From positions 1,702 to 65,701 of the forward strand of contig JAKEEG010000066.1 of NCBI GenBank assembly GCA_022616555.1: a stretch of DNA of 64,000 nucleotides, given 5' to 3'. Source of the DNA: Ignavibacteriota bacterium. GTDB lineage: Bacteria > Bacteroidota > Ignavibacteria > UBA10030. This document shows positions 1 to 9,323 of this stretch, in pieces (positions within the stretch are counted from its first letter, which is position 1; the number at the start of each line of letters is the position of its first letter). The notes under the pieces are model-generated. The model had not been told where the DNA came from, searched no databases, and worked only from the letters and a program-made list of their open reading frames with translations. The position numbers and the translations under genes are program-made.

Positions 1-9
1 GGGAGAACT

Positions 10-1170
10 ATGAAAATCATTAAGCTTCTTTTCAAAAACTCGTTCCGGCATAAGCTTCGGACAACGCTGACGATTCTCGGCATCGCCATCGCGGTGACAG
101 CCTTCGGTTTCCTCCGTACGGTGGTAACGGCGTGGTATGCCGGAGTTGAAGCCTCATCTCCCAACCGGTTGATTACGCGCAACTCGGTTTCGTTCATCTT
201 TCCGCTGCCGTATGCTTATAAAGAGCGTATAGAGCGAATTCCAGGCGTGGAGACAGTGGCGTACATGAACTGGTTTCAGGGTGTGTACATCGACAAAAGT
301 CAATTCTTCGCTCGCATGGCTGTCGATATGGAAGCCTCGCTCAAAGCGTATCCGGAATTTATCGTGCCGCCGGAGCAAAAAGAGATATTGCTGCGCGAGC
401 GCAATGCCTGCGTCGTTGGAGCAGACCTCGCGGTGCAATACGGATTTGAAATCGGCGACGTGATACCGATTGAGGGTGACATTTACCCGGGCGAATGGGA
501 ATTCGTTGTGCGGGCGATTTACCAGCCGCGCGATAAAACGGTGGACGGCACGCAAATGTGGTTCCACTGGGAATATCTCGATGAACGCATGAAACAGGAC
601 ATGCCCGGAAGGGCGGGAGACGTTGGATGGTATGTCATCCGCATCAGCAATCCTGCCGATGCAGCCCGCATTTCCGAAGCTGTGGACGAGCAGTTTAAGA
701 ATTCACGGGCTGAGACGAAAACGGAAACGGAAGCGGCATTCCAGCAAGGGTTTATCGCCGGGACAGGGCTTATTATTCAATTGTTGAATTTCCTCTCGTT
801 CATCATCATCGGTATCATTATGTTGGTTCTGGGTAACACGATGATTATGTCAGCCCGTGAACGCACGAAGGAATACGCGGTGCTCAAGACGCTGGGCTTC
901 TCGGGCGGGCGGTTGATTTCGTTGATTGCCGGTGAGTCGCTGATTATCTCCGTACTTGGTGCGGCGGCCGGACTGTTACTAACATTGCCGTTGGTGGAAA
1001 TGTTCTCGCTGTTTGTCCCCAAGTCCTGGTTCCCCATCTTCTACGTTGAGCCGGTTACGTACGTTCTCGCGGGCACATCCGCGGTGCTTGTCGGCATTGC
1101 TGCGGCATTGTTCCCGATTCAACGCGCGGTAAAGACGTCGATTGTGGATGGGCTACGATTTGTCGGGTAA
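10..1170 (+). CDS. ABC transporter permease, FtsX/MacB-like (C-terminal FtsX 4-TM domain)
   Basis: 386 aa. N-terminal TM helix, large periplasmic domain and C-terminal 3-TM bundle typical of MacB/FtsX permeases. An RBS-like GGAGA lies at 1-5. The ATPase partner is presumably upstream of the window. Confidence 0.8.
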   Translation: MKIIKLLFKNSFRHKLRTTLTILGIAIAVTAFGFLRTVVTAWYAGVEASSPNRLITRNSVSFIFPLPYAYKERIERIPGVETVAYMNWFQGVYIDKSQFFARMAVDMEASLKAYPEFIVPPEQKEILLRERNACVVGADLAVQYGFEIGDVIPIEGDIYPGEWEFVVRAIYQPRDKTVDGTQMWFHWEYLDERMKQDMPGRAGDVGWYVIRISNPADAARISEAVDEQFKNSRAETKTETEAAFQQGFIAGTGLIIQLLNFLSFIIIGIIMLVLGNTMIMSARERTKEYAVLKTLGFSGGRLISLIAGESLIISVLGAAAGLLLTLPLVEMFSLFVPKSWFPIFYVEPVTYVLAGTSAVLVGIAAALFPIQRAVKTSIVDGLRFVG

Positions 1171-1212
1171 AGAAGGAAACAGAAGACAGGAGTCAGAAAA
1201 CAGAAGTTAGGA

Positions 1213-1596
1213 ATGGATGCCCCATACATGGATAGAGAGCCTGCGAAAACTTTTGAAGACCTTATCGTTTGGCAAAAGGCTCATCAGTTTGTGCTATCCG
1301 TGTACAAGTTAACAGAGGCTTTTCCAAAACAGGAGACGTACGGTCTGACTTCTCAACTACGCCGAGCGGCAGTGTCAATAGCGGCAAATATCGCAGAGGG
1401 TTTTAAGAAAAAGGGAAAGCCGGATAAAGTGAGGTTTATGAATGTAAGCCAAGGATCTGTTGAAGAATGTCGCTATTATCTCATTCTCGCACGAGACCTG
1501 GGTTATGGAAATACAACGCAACTCTCTGAACAATTAATCGAAGTAAGTAAAATATTACAATCGTATTCATATTCTATTCTGAATTCTGTCTCCTGA
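1213..1596 (+). CDS. four-helix-bundle protein (23S rRNA intervening-sequence protein family, TIGR02436-like)
   Basis: 127 aa. Motifs LIVWQKAHQFVLSVYKLTEAFPK...QLRRAAVSIAANIAEG...ECRYYLILARDLGY are characteristic of this family. GC is markedly lower than in the neighbouring genes. Confidence 0.75.
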   Translation: MDAPYMDREPAKTFEDLIVWQKAHQFVLSVYKLTEAFPKQETYGLTSQLRRAAVSIAANIAEGFKKKGKPDKVRFMNVSQGSVEECRYYLILARDLGYGNTTQLSEQLIEVSKILQSYSYSILNSVS

Positions 1597-1618
1597 CTCC
1601 TATTTACTGGGGTAATTT

Positions 1619-2794
1619 ATGAAGATTCCTCTAAAATATACCGTGAGAAATTTCCGCAGCCGGCGATTGACGACCGCCATCACGATTACAGGCGTTGCGC
1701 TTGTCGTCTTTGTGTTCGTCGCCGTGATGATGCTCTCCAACGGCATCACAGCGACGCTGATCGCCACCGGGTCGACGGAGAATGTGTTGGTCGCGCGCAA
1801 GGCGGCGAACGGCGAGATTTCCAGCATCATCATGAACGAGACCTACAATATTATCCTGACGCTTCCGCAGGTTGCCAAGGATGCCGAGGGTAAACCGATT
1901 GCCACCGGCGACGTCGTTGTGGTGATTAACCTGCCGAAGATTGGGACGGAAGGCGGCTTCAGCAACGTCACCGTGCGAGGCGTGTCACAGCCGGCGTTCG
2001 ACCTTCGCCCTATGGTGAAAATTGCCGAAGGAAGGATGTTCAACTGGGGTGCAAGGGAGATTATCGTGGGGAGTGCCGTTACAAAGCGGTTTGAAGGAGC
2101 GCAGATTGGGAACGTCATTAAATTCGCGGGGGATAACTGGACAATTGTCGGCGTGTACGAAGCGGACCGCACAGCGTTCGATTCCGAAATCTGGGGCGAT
2201 GTTTCGCAGATCCAGGACGCGTTTAGAAGGGGAGTATCGTTTTCGACTGTCACGTTTCGCTTGAGCAGCCCTGACCAGTTTGAGGCATTGGAAAAGGCGT
2301 TTGCAGACGATAACCGGCTCCAGCAATTCGAGCCGAAAATCGAGCAGGCGTACTTTGAAGCGCAATCCGAGTTTATGGCAATCTTCATCAGCGTGCTGGG
2401 GATTTTTGTGACGGTGTTCTTCAGCGTGGGCGCGATTATCGGCGCGATGATTACGATGTACACTGCTGTTGCAAACCGCACGACGGAGGTTGGCACACTG
2501 CGTGCGCTCGGCTTCCAGCGCCGGAATGTGTTGTTTGCATTTCTGACGGAATCGATACTCATCTCGCTTATCGGCGCTGCCATTGGGCTCTTCCTTGCTT
2601 CGTGGCTGCAGTTCTTTACGGTCTCGACGATGAACTGGGGTTCATTCTCTGAGCTGGAGTTTTCGTTCACGCTAACATTGAAGATCATACTCTACGCCGT
2701 GGGATTCTCTATTTTGATGGGCGTGGTTGGAGGCTTCCTGCCGTCGGTAGCCGCGGCGCGGTTGAATATTGTGAACGCGCTGAGGTCTGCATAA
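1619..2794 (+). CDS. ABC transporter permease, FtsX/MacB-like (second copy)
   Basis: 391 aa with the same architecture as 10..1170, and the two are paralogous (MKI..LKYTVRNFRSRRLTTAITITGVALVV). Confidence 0.8.
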   Translation: MKIPLKYTVRNFRSRRLTTAITITGVALVVFVFVAVMMLSNGITATLIATGSTENVLVARKAANGEISSIIMNETYNIILTLPQVAKDAEGKPIATGDVVVVINLPKIGTEGGFSNVTVRGVSQPAFDLRPMVKIAEGRMFNWGAREIIVGSAVTKRFEGAQIGNVIKFAGDNWTIVGVYEADRTAFDSEIWGDVSQIQDAFRRGVSFSTVTFRLSSPDQFEALEKAFADDNRLQQFEPKIEQAYFEAQSEFMAIFISVLGIFVTVFFSVGAIIGAMITMYTAVANRTTEVGTLRALGFQRRNVLFAFLTESILISLIGAAIGLFLASWLQFFTVSTMNWGSFSELEFSFTLTLKIILYAVGFSILMGVVGGFLPSVAAARLNIVNALRSA

Positions 2795-2805
2795 TTTTTG
2801 TAACA

Positions 2806-2839
2806 CCTGCGAGGTAATATAACCTCGCAGGTGTTATTC
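2806..2839 (+). terminator. perfect palindromic hairpin AACACCTGCGAGGT-aatata-ACCTCGCAGGTGTT downstream of the permease gene
   Basis: A 14-bp perfect inverted repeat sits directly after the stop at 2794. The T-run is weak. Confidence 0.5.
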
Positions 2840-2888
2840 TCATCCCCTTGTATCCATTCCCCTTATCACGTATCTTTAATTTTAGGCA

Positions 2889-3794
2889 GTGAATACGATT
2901 CAATTCTATAACGATAATTCTGAAGCCGCTGTCGATCAGCTGGAGCAAAACGGCATTACCGCGTGCGTTCGTCATGCCTTGGAAGAGGATATCGGCACTG
3001 GCGATGTTACTACTAATCAGATAGTTGACGCGGAAGCAACCATACGAGGGGTAATTGTCGCGAAGCAAGAAGGCGTTGTCACAGGACTTGATATCGCTCA
3101 GCTTGCGTTTCAGCTTGTAGATGAGAAGGTAGCGTTTAAGACGCTTGTTGATGAAGGTACAGGAGTCGTCAGCCGACAATATCTTGCAGAAATTGAAGGT
3201 CCAGCGCGAGCTATTTTGTCTGCCGAGCGGACCGCCCTGAATTTTCTTTCCCGCATGTCCGGCATTGCAACATTGACCGACCGGTTTGTGCATGCCGTTC
3301 GGGGAACACAAGCAGTCATACTCGATACGCGAAAAACGGCTCCAGGCCTTCGTATAATTGACAAGCTTGCTGTTCGCCGCGGAGGGGGAACGAACCATCG
3401 CATGGGGTTATTCGATATGATACTGATTAAGGATAACCACATCGATACTGTGGGCTTGCTTGGTCAGGCCGTGCAACGCGCGCGAGCAGCGAATGAACAG
3501 TCAGAAATTGAAGTCGAAGCGCGTACTCTTGGGGAAGTTGAACAGGCGCTGGAACTGGGCGTTAAACGAATATTGTTGGACAATATGACGATTGAGATGT
3601 TGCGGGAAGCGGTTCGCCTCTCGGCCGGAAGAGCAGAACTTGAGGCTTCCGGCAATATTACTCTGGAAAATGTGCGCGAGATTGCAGCGACCGGGGTGAA
3701 GTATATTTCCGTTGGCGCATTGACGCACTCAGCGCCCGCGTTTGATGTTAGTCTTAAGTATGTAAAAGACTCATACACGAGAAGGGATATGTAA
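2889..3794 (+). CDS. nadC: nicotinate-nucleotide pyrophosphorylase (carboxylating), quinolinate phosphoribosyltransferase
   Basis: 301 aa with a GTG start preceded by an in-frame TAG. It has the EEDIGTGDVTT motif and a TIM-barrel C-terminal half, and is immediately followed by nadA. Confidence 0.85.
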   Translation: MNTIQFYNDNSEAAVDQLEQNGITACVRHALEEDIGTGDVTTNQIVDAEATIRGVIVAKQEGVVTGLDIAQLAFQLVDEKVAFKTLVDEGTGVVSRQYLAEIEGPARAILSAERTALNFLSRMSGIATLTDRFVHAVRGTQAVILDTRKTAPGLRIIDKLAVRRGGGTNHRMGLFDMILIKDNHIDTVGLLGQAVQRARAANEQSEIEVEARTLGEVEQALELGVKRILLDNMTIEMLREAVRLSAGRAELEASGNITLENVREIAATGVKYISVGALTHSAPAFDVSLKYVKDSYTRRDM

Positions 3795-4846
3795 TGATTG
3801 ACGTTGAAGCGGTCGCGGTAGACGAGATGTATGAGAAGCTGCATGGTATGCTTCGTACGGTTGTGCCGGATATCGAACTTCGATACAAGGCGGAATTGGC
3901 TGTAGAGATTAACGGGTTGAAGAGTCGTAGAAATGCCGTTATTCTTGGACATAACTATATGGAGCCCGCGCTGTATCATTCGGTGCCGGATTATGTAGGA
4001 GATTCGCTGGAGCTTTGCCGTCAAGCAGCTGAAACTGACAAGGACATAATCGTCTTCTGCGGTGTGCAATTTATGGCTGAGACGGCAAAGATTCTTAACC
4101 CGTCGAAATCAGTTCTCATTCCTTCGCAGAAAGCCGGGTGTTCGCTCGCAGCAAGCATCACGGCAGGCGACGTTCGCCAACTCAAGAAGCGCTTCCCCGG
4201 CGTTCCCGTGGTTGCCTATATTAACACGTATGCGGATGTGAAGGCAGAAGCAGATGTTTGTTGCACATCTGGGAATGCTTCTGCCATAGTTGAATCGCTG
4301 AGTAGCGAGACGGTTATTTTTGTTCCGGATGAATATCTCGCGCAGAACGTGGCACGTGAGACAGGGAAGCACATTGTATTCCCGACGTTAGAAGCGAGCG
4401 GGGCACGAAGTGCGGACCTCGACTATCAGCTCATTGGCTGGCGTGGACGGTGCGAAGTACACGATAAATTTACTGTCGAGGACGTTCAAAATGTCCGCAA
4501 GCAATTTCCGGATGTGATCGTGCTCGCCCATCCGGAATGCAGCCCGGAGGTTGTCGCCGTATCGGATTTTTCCGGTAGCACGACGGCTATGCAGCGCTAC
4601 GTCGAAGAGATTGCTGCACCGCGATATTTGCTGTTGACCGAATGCTCCATGGGCGACAATATCGCAGCCGCGCACCCCGAGAAGGAAATGGTACGGCTCT
4701 GCAGCATCCGGTGTCAGCATATGAATCAAATCTCACTTGAGCAGACACGAGACGCATTGCGACACGTCAGGTATGTGGTTGATTTGCCGGAAGAGGTGCT
4801 TGTAAAGGCGGCGAAGTCTATTGAACGTATGCTTGCTCTATCATAG
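3794..4846 (+). CDS. nadA: quinolinate synthase
   Basis: 350 aa with the NadA motifs ILGHNYM...FCGVQFMAE. The ATG overlaps the nadC stop (ATGTAATG). Confidence 0.9.
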   Translation: MIDVEAVAVDEMYEKLHGMLRTVVPDIELRYKAELAVEINGLKSRRNAVILGHNYMEPALYHSVPDYVGDSLELCRQAAETDKDIIVFCGVQFMAETAKILNPSKSVLIPSQKAGCSLAASITAGDVRQLKKRFPGVPVVAYINTYADVKAEADVCCTSGNASAIVESLSSETVIFVPDEYLAQNVARETGKHIVFPTLEASGARSADLDYQLIGWRGRCEVHDKFTVEDVQNVRKQFPDVIVLAHPECSPEVVAVSDFSGSTTAMQRYVEEIAAPRYLLLTECSMGDNIAAAHPEKEMVRLCSIRCQHMNQISLEQTRDALRHVRYVVDLPEEVLVKAAKSIERMLALS

Positions 4847-4864
4847 GAGGGAAACAAAGCACCT

Positions 4865-5392
4865 ATGTTCTGGCTCCAAATCGTTGCTAACTTTCTGAAA
4901 ATCTTACGCGCGGGGCAAACGCCGCAGCAGATTGCCGGCGGGTTTGCGCTTGGTTCCATCCTCGGGCTTTCGCCGATGTTCACTCTGCAGGGACTGGCGG
5001 TCTGGCTGCTGATACTTATCCTGAATGTCAATCTCTCCGCCGCGATTCTTTCGCTTACGCTGTTCAGTCTCGTCGCATTCATCTTCGACCCCGTGTTCCA
5101 TTGGCTGGGGTATGAAGTGCTTGTCAACGTTGATGAATTAACTGGCACGTGGACGGCGCTCTACAACGCGCCGATTGCGCCGCTCACGCGTTTCAACAAT
5201 ACGGTGGTCATGGGAAGCTTTCTGAGCTCACTGGTACTTTTTGTGCCAGTGTACTTCGGAATGAAACAATTTGTCGTTGCGTACCGGTCGACGCTGGGTG
5301 CGCGAATCGAGAAATGGAAAATCTATCAAATCATCAGCAAAAATTTTATCGTGCGGTGGTATAACCGCATCAAGAATTTTGGCTCGTCATAA
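4865..5392 (+). CDS. TIGR03546/DUF2062-like small membrane protein
   Basis: 175 aa. The GGFALGSILGLSPMFTLQGLAVWLLILILNVNLSAA pattern matches this family, which conventionally pairs with a TIGR03545 protein. The call rests on family-level memory. Confidence 0.55.
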   Translation: MFWLQIVANFLKILRAGQTPQQIAGGFALGSILGLSPMFTLQGLAVWLLILILNVNLSAAILSLTLFSLVAFIFDPVFHWLGYEVLVNVDELTGTWTALYNAPIAPLTRFNNTVVMGSFLSSLVLFVPVYFGMKQFVVAYRSTLGARIEKWKIYQIISKNFIVRWYNRIKNFGSS

Positions 5393-7275
5393 TGCGCAAG
5401 AAATTCGTTTATATAGTCCTGGTTCCGGTTGTTGTGGTCGCGGCGGTAACCTATCTTTTCATTGATGATTGGGTCGAAGCCGGCATGGAAGCGGCGGGCG
5501 AGGCGGTCGTCGGCGCGAAAGTTGAAATCGACGACCTCACGCTAACGCTCTCGCCGATAGCCATCGAGTTCAGCCGCCTGCAAGTTGCGAACCCAAAGGA
5601 CCCGTGGAAGAATATCTTCGAGACGGGTAAAGTACGCGCCGCTCTCGACTTCGGCCAATTGTTGCGCAGGAAGTACATCATCGAGACAGTTGAAGTCAAC
5701 GAGCTGATTCTCGGCACAAAGCGCGAAACAGATGGCTCGTTGCCCAAGGAACCAGTTGAGGAAAAGCCAGCGGAACCTGCCGAACTATCGGTAGTTCAGG
5801 AAGCTGCAGCCACTGTCACTGGACAGGTACAGCAGGCGCCGATGTTTGACCTTGAGAAGTTGAAGCGGGAATTCAACATCGACAGTTTGTTGAATGTGCA
5901 GAATCTTCGTGCTGTTCAGCACATCGACACGCTGAAGCAGCGCGTCCAGCAAGCCTCGCAGGAATGGCAGAAAACGTTGGATGAATTTGAAAACTCAAAG
6001 CAGAAAATCGCCGAGATTGAAACTGCCGTCAAAGCAATCAATGTGAACGAGCTGAAGTCGTTGGAAAAGATTACGGCAGCCGTCAACAACATCAACACTG
6101 CACAAAAGAATGTCAACGAGCTGAACGAGCTATTCAAAACCCGGAAGAGCTCGCTGACAAACCAAATCAACTCCGCGGCGGCTTCCGTGAAAGTGATAGA
6201 CGACCTCGCGAAACAGGACTACGAATCGATTCGGAGCCTCGCGAGGTTGCCCGACTTGAGCATGCAAGGACTGGCAAACTTAATCGTCGGCAAGCAGGTG
6301 TTGGAAGACGTGCAATATTATCTCGGGTGGATTGATTACGCGCGCAACACCGTGCCGCAGTATATTCCAGAGTCTCAATCAGAAACGCCGCCCCGCTTCG
6401 AAGGGCAGGATATTCATTTTCCCGTTGAGCGCGGCTATCCTAAACTGTGGATCAAGAAAATCCTCATCTCCGGTGGAGAGGATAAAGCGCAAAAGTCCGA
6501 ATACTTCTACGCAAAAGGCGAGGTGACGGATATTTCTTCTGATCAGCGCATCACCGGCAAACCGCTCTCGATTGCTCTTGACGGAAATAAAGGGGAGCGC
6601 ACTTCGCTTGCGTTCAAAGCGCTCTTCGATAGAAGAACCGAAGAGCCGCTCGATACGTATGGAGTCAATGTAAAAGGCATTGCCGTCGGCACGCTCGAGC
6701 TAGGCAGGTCGGATTTCCTGCCTGCGCGGATGATGGAATCAGTTGCCAATACGGATATCGTGGTGCGCGTGCCCGGCAGCGGGTTCGACTCGGACTTGAA
6801 GATCAACTTCGGAAACATCGCAATGGTGTTCGACCGTGCGCCAAAAGGCGATGTCGAGCGCATCGTGCAGGACGTGTTGCAGGATGTCCGCAGTTTTAAC
6901 GTCGGATTACGGCTCTGGAGCAATATGGGCAAGGTCGATATGGCGTTCACGACTGACCTGGACAATCTCATTGCGGCGCGGGCAAAGAAAGTCGTGGGTA
7001 ATGAAATTGCCCGGCTCCAAAACGAGCTTCGCTCTAAGGTCAATCAGAAGATCACTGAGAAGCGGAAGGAATTCGACCAGCTCTATAGCCAGAAAAAAGA
7101 CGAGGCGCTGGCGAAAGTCAAATCATACGAAAACCTGTTGAACGAGAAACTCGCTTACGTCGACGGAAAGAAAAAGGAGCTGGAGGCGCGCGTCGAAGAA
7201 GAAAAGAAAAAGCAAACGGAAGGGGCGAAGAAAAAGGTAGAGGACGCTCTCAAAGGGCTGATTAAGGGGAAGTGA
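5392..7275 (+). CDS. TIGR03545-like large membrane-anchored protein with C-terminal coiled coil
   Basis: 627 aa. N-terminal TM helix, long beta-rich region, and a lysine/glutamate-rich coiled-coil tail. It overlaps the upstream gene by one base (TAATG). Confidence 0.5.
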   Translation: MRKKFVYIVLVPVVVVAAVTYLFIDDWVEAGMEAAGEAVVGAKVEIDDLTLTLSPIAIEFSRLQVANPKDPWKNIFETGKVRAALDFGQLLRRKYIIETVEVNELILGTKRETDGSLPKEPVEEKPAEPAELSVVQEAAATVTGQVQQAPMFDLEKLKREFNIDSLLNVQNLRAVQHIDTLKQRVQQASQEWQKTLDEFENSKQKIAEIETAVKAINVNELKSLEKITAAVNNINTAQKNVNELNELFKTRKSSLTNQINSAAASVKVIDDLAKQDYESIRSLARLPDLSMQGLANLIVGKQVLEDVQYYLGWIDYARNTVPQYIPESQSETPPRFEGQDIHFPVERGYPKLWIKKILISGGEDKAQKSEYFYAKGEVTDISSDQRITGKPLSIALDGNKGERTSLAFKALFDRRTEEPLDTYGVNVKGIAVGTLELGRSDFLPARMMESVANTDIVVRVPGSGFDSDLKINFGNIAMVFDRAPKGDVERIVQDVLQDVRSFNVGLRLWSNMGKVDMAFTTDLDNLIAARAKKVVGNEIARLQNELRSKVNQKITEKRKEFDQLYSQKKDEALAKVKSYENLLNEKLAYVDGKKKELEARVEEEKKKQTEGAKKKVEDALKGLIKGK

Positions 7276-7389
7276 TCCAGTCCGCAAATTGAAGCGAACC
7301 TCACAAAAATTCTCGTTATCTACTTGCTCCAAAGGGGGAGATGTGTTACATTCTTGCCAACGGTTTTTTGAGAACCACGCGGCAGACGA

Positions 7390-7779
7390 ATGAAAAAACT
7401 CTCACTCCAGCTCATGAACGAAAGCTTCGCGGTGAACAAGCTTGCGCAGTTTGCCGAATTGCCGTCCATCTTCGCCAAAGGTGAGATGTGCTTCATCATG
7501 CGCACGGATGAAGAGCTGACCATTATCTGCCCCGACTTTATGGCGCCGAACAACGTGCAGCAGGAGACCGGCTGGAAGTGCATGAAGGTTGTCGGCGAGA
7601 TGGGTTTAAAAGAAGTCGGAGTGCTCGCATCGATCACCGGGCCGCTGGCGGAAGCGAAGATCCCCATGCTCGCCGTGAGCACGTTCAACACGGACTATAT
7701 TTTTGTGATGGAGGAGAACCTCGTGCACGCCGTGCAGGCGCTTCAGAAAGTCGGTCACGAGTTCGTGCACGGAGAGTGA
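7390..7779 (+). CDS. ACT domain-containing protein (ACT_7-like)
   Basis: 129 aa with a small regulatory-domain fold pattern, convergent with hisIE. Confidence 0.55.
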   Translation: MKKLSLQLMNESFAVNKLAQFAELPSIFAKGEMCFIMRTDEELTIICPDFMAPNNVQQETGWKCMKVVGEMGLKEVGVLASITGPLAEAKIPMLAVSTFNTDYIFVMEENLVHAVQALQKVGHEFVHGE

Positions 7780-7819
7780 TTCTCGCCTTCACCCCTGCTC
7801 CCCCAGCACCACCGCTGCT

Positions 7820-8425
7820 TTACCGCATCCTTCCCTTTAAAGTTTCCGCAACCTCGTATAGACTAATCCCTTTATCTGCTAACAACACCAGCAAGTGATA
7901 CAACAAGTCCGCCGATTCCTCTTTTAGCGCTTCGGGCTTTTGCTGAAGCGACGCGACGATAACTTCCACCGCCTCTTCTCCGACCTTTTGAGAAATGTAA
8001 GACGTCCCGCGTGCAAACAATGTCGCTGTGTAGGAATCCTTCGGCATGTCGCGCTTGCGCCGACGGATGGTTTCTTCTAATTGATGCAATGTTGACGGGC
8101 CCTGTTCTCGTTTTTCCTCGCCGAAGCATGTGTAGGTTCCATTGTGGCAAGTTGGCCCACTTGGGGTAGCATAAATGAGCAGCGCGTCGTTGTCGCAATC
8201 CGTTTGTGCAGAAACAACGGTGAGCGTGTTACCGGATGTCTCACCCTTCTGCCATAAGCGTTGTTTCGTGCGGCTCCAAAACGTCGTTTTTTTGTCTCTG
8301 AGTGTTTTCTCAACGGCTTCGCGGTTCATAAATCCCACCATTAACACTTGCCACGTTGAGGCGTCTTGCACAATAGCCGGGATTAAGCCGTTGAGCTTGC
8401 TGAAATTCAGCTGGTCGATGTTCAT
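7820..8425 (-). CDS. hisIE: bifunctional phosphoribosyl-AMP cyclohydrolase / phosphoribosyl-ATP pyrophosphatase
   Basis: 201 aa with the HisI motifs [17 protein letters not shown] and CDNDALL and a C-terminal HisE helical domain. It is the last gene of the his operon. Confidence 0.9.
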   Translation of the reverse strand: MNIDQLNFSKLNGLIPAIVQDASTWQVLMVGFMNREAVEKTLRDKKTTFWSRTKQRLWQKGETSGNTLTVVSAQTDCDNDALLIYATPSGPTCHNGTYTCFGEEKREQGPSTLHQLEETIRRRKRDMPKDSYTATLFARGTSYISQKVGEEAVEVIVASLQQKPEALKEESADLLYHLLVLLADKGISLYEVAETLKGRMR

Positions 8426-9174
8426 CGTATAGGAATGTGCTGTTGTCTGAGAAACGATTTGAGTTCTGCGATTTTTATTTGTTGGAAGTGAAACAACGAT
8501 GCGGCGAGCACAGCATCGGCCTTCCCGTTAGTCAATGCCTCAATGAAGTGCTCGAGTTTACCAGCGCCGCCAGATGCGATCACGGGAACGCTCACTTGCG
8601 TTGAGAGTTCTCGCAGCAAGTCCACGTCGTACCCCGATTGTGTGCCATCGCGGTCCATGGAGGTGACGAGCAACTCACCCGCTCCTCGTTGGGTTGTTTC
8701 TTCAGCCCACTTGAGTGCGTCTCGGCCGGTGTTTTCCCGCCCGCCTTTCACCCAGACTGTCCAGCCGCCGTTCGTTCGCTTCACGTCGATAGCAGCGACG
8801 ATGGATTGCGAGCCGACGTGCTCCGCCGCGCGCTCTAGGAATTCCGGGTTCTGCACAATTGCTGTGTTGAGCGAGACTTTATCCGCACCCGCATCCAGCA
8901 CGCGCTTCACATCATAGACGGTACTGATGCCTCCGCCCACGGTGAAGGGAATCTGCACTGCCTCGGCAACGCGTACCACCATCTCCAGCAGTGTCTTCCG
9001 CCCCTCATGCGACGCGCTGATGTCGAGAAACACCAGCTCGTCCGCGCCTTCATCCGAGTAGCGCGCCGCCAATTCGACGGGGTCGCCAGCATCGCGCAGG
9101 TTGACGAAGTTTGTGCCTTTGACCGTCTTGCCGTCTTTTACATCGAGGCAGGGGATGATCCTTTTGGTAAGCAT
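8422..9174 (-). CDS. hisF: imidazole glycerol phosphate synthase cyclase subunit
   Basis: 250 aa with the TIM-barrel HisF motifs RIIPCLDV...GADEL..LDI. It overlaps hisIE by 4 bp. Confidence 0.95.
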   Translation of the reverse strand: MLTKRIIPCLDVKDGKTVKGTNFVNLRDAGDPVELAARYSDEGADELVFLDISASHEGRKTLLEMVVRVAEAVQIPFTVGGGISTVYDVKRVLDAGADKVSLNTAIVQNPEFLERAAEHVGSQSIVAAIDVKRTNGGWTVWVKGGRENTGRDALKWAEETTQRGAGELLVTSMDRDGTQSGYDVDLLRELSTQVSVPVIASGGAGKLEHFIEALTNGKADAVLAASLFHFQQIKIAELKSFLRQQHIPIR

Positions 9175-9205
9175 ATGTTATCAGTTGTAAACTCTAGACC
9201 AGTTT

Positions 9206-9290
9206 GTCATTCTGAGCGTAGCGAAGAATCTCATTCCTGAATTCAAATCGAAAAAACGAGATTCTTCGTAGCTCCGCTCCTCAGAATGAC
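9206..9290. repeat. two-stem palindromic element E1 (GTCATTCTGAG...CGAAGAATCTC...GAGATTCTTCG...CTCAGAATGAC) between hisF and hisA
   Basis: Nested inverted repeats with an outer 11-bp stem and an inner 11-bp stem. It is homologous to the elements at 20666-20748 and 21422-21482. Confidence 0.7.
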
Positions 9291-9323
9291 AATTTCTTCA
9301 TGATTTTCAAAAATCTCGAGAGT

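Noticed and set aside
7578-7898. 106-aa ORF downstream of the ACT-domain gene (MHEGCRRDGFKRSRSARIDHRAAGG...)
   Set aside because: It overlaps the ACT gene in another frame and the hisIE 3' end. Its Arg/Ala-rich composition is typical of an out-of-frame artefact.
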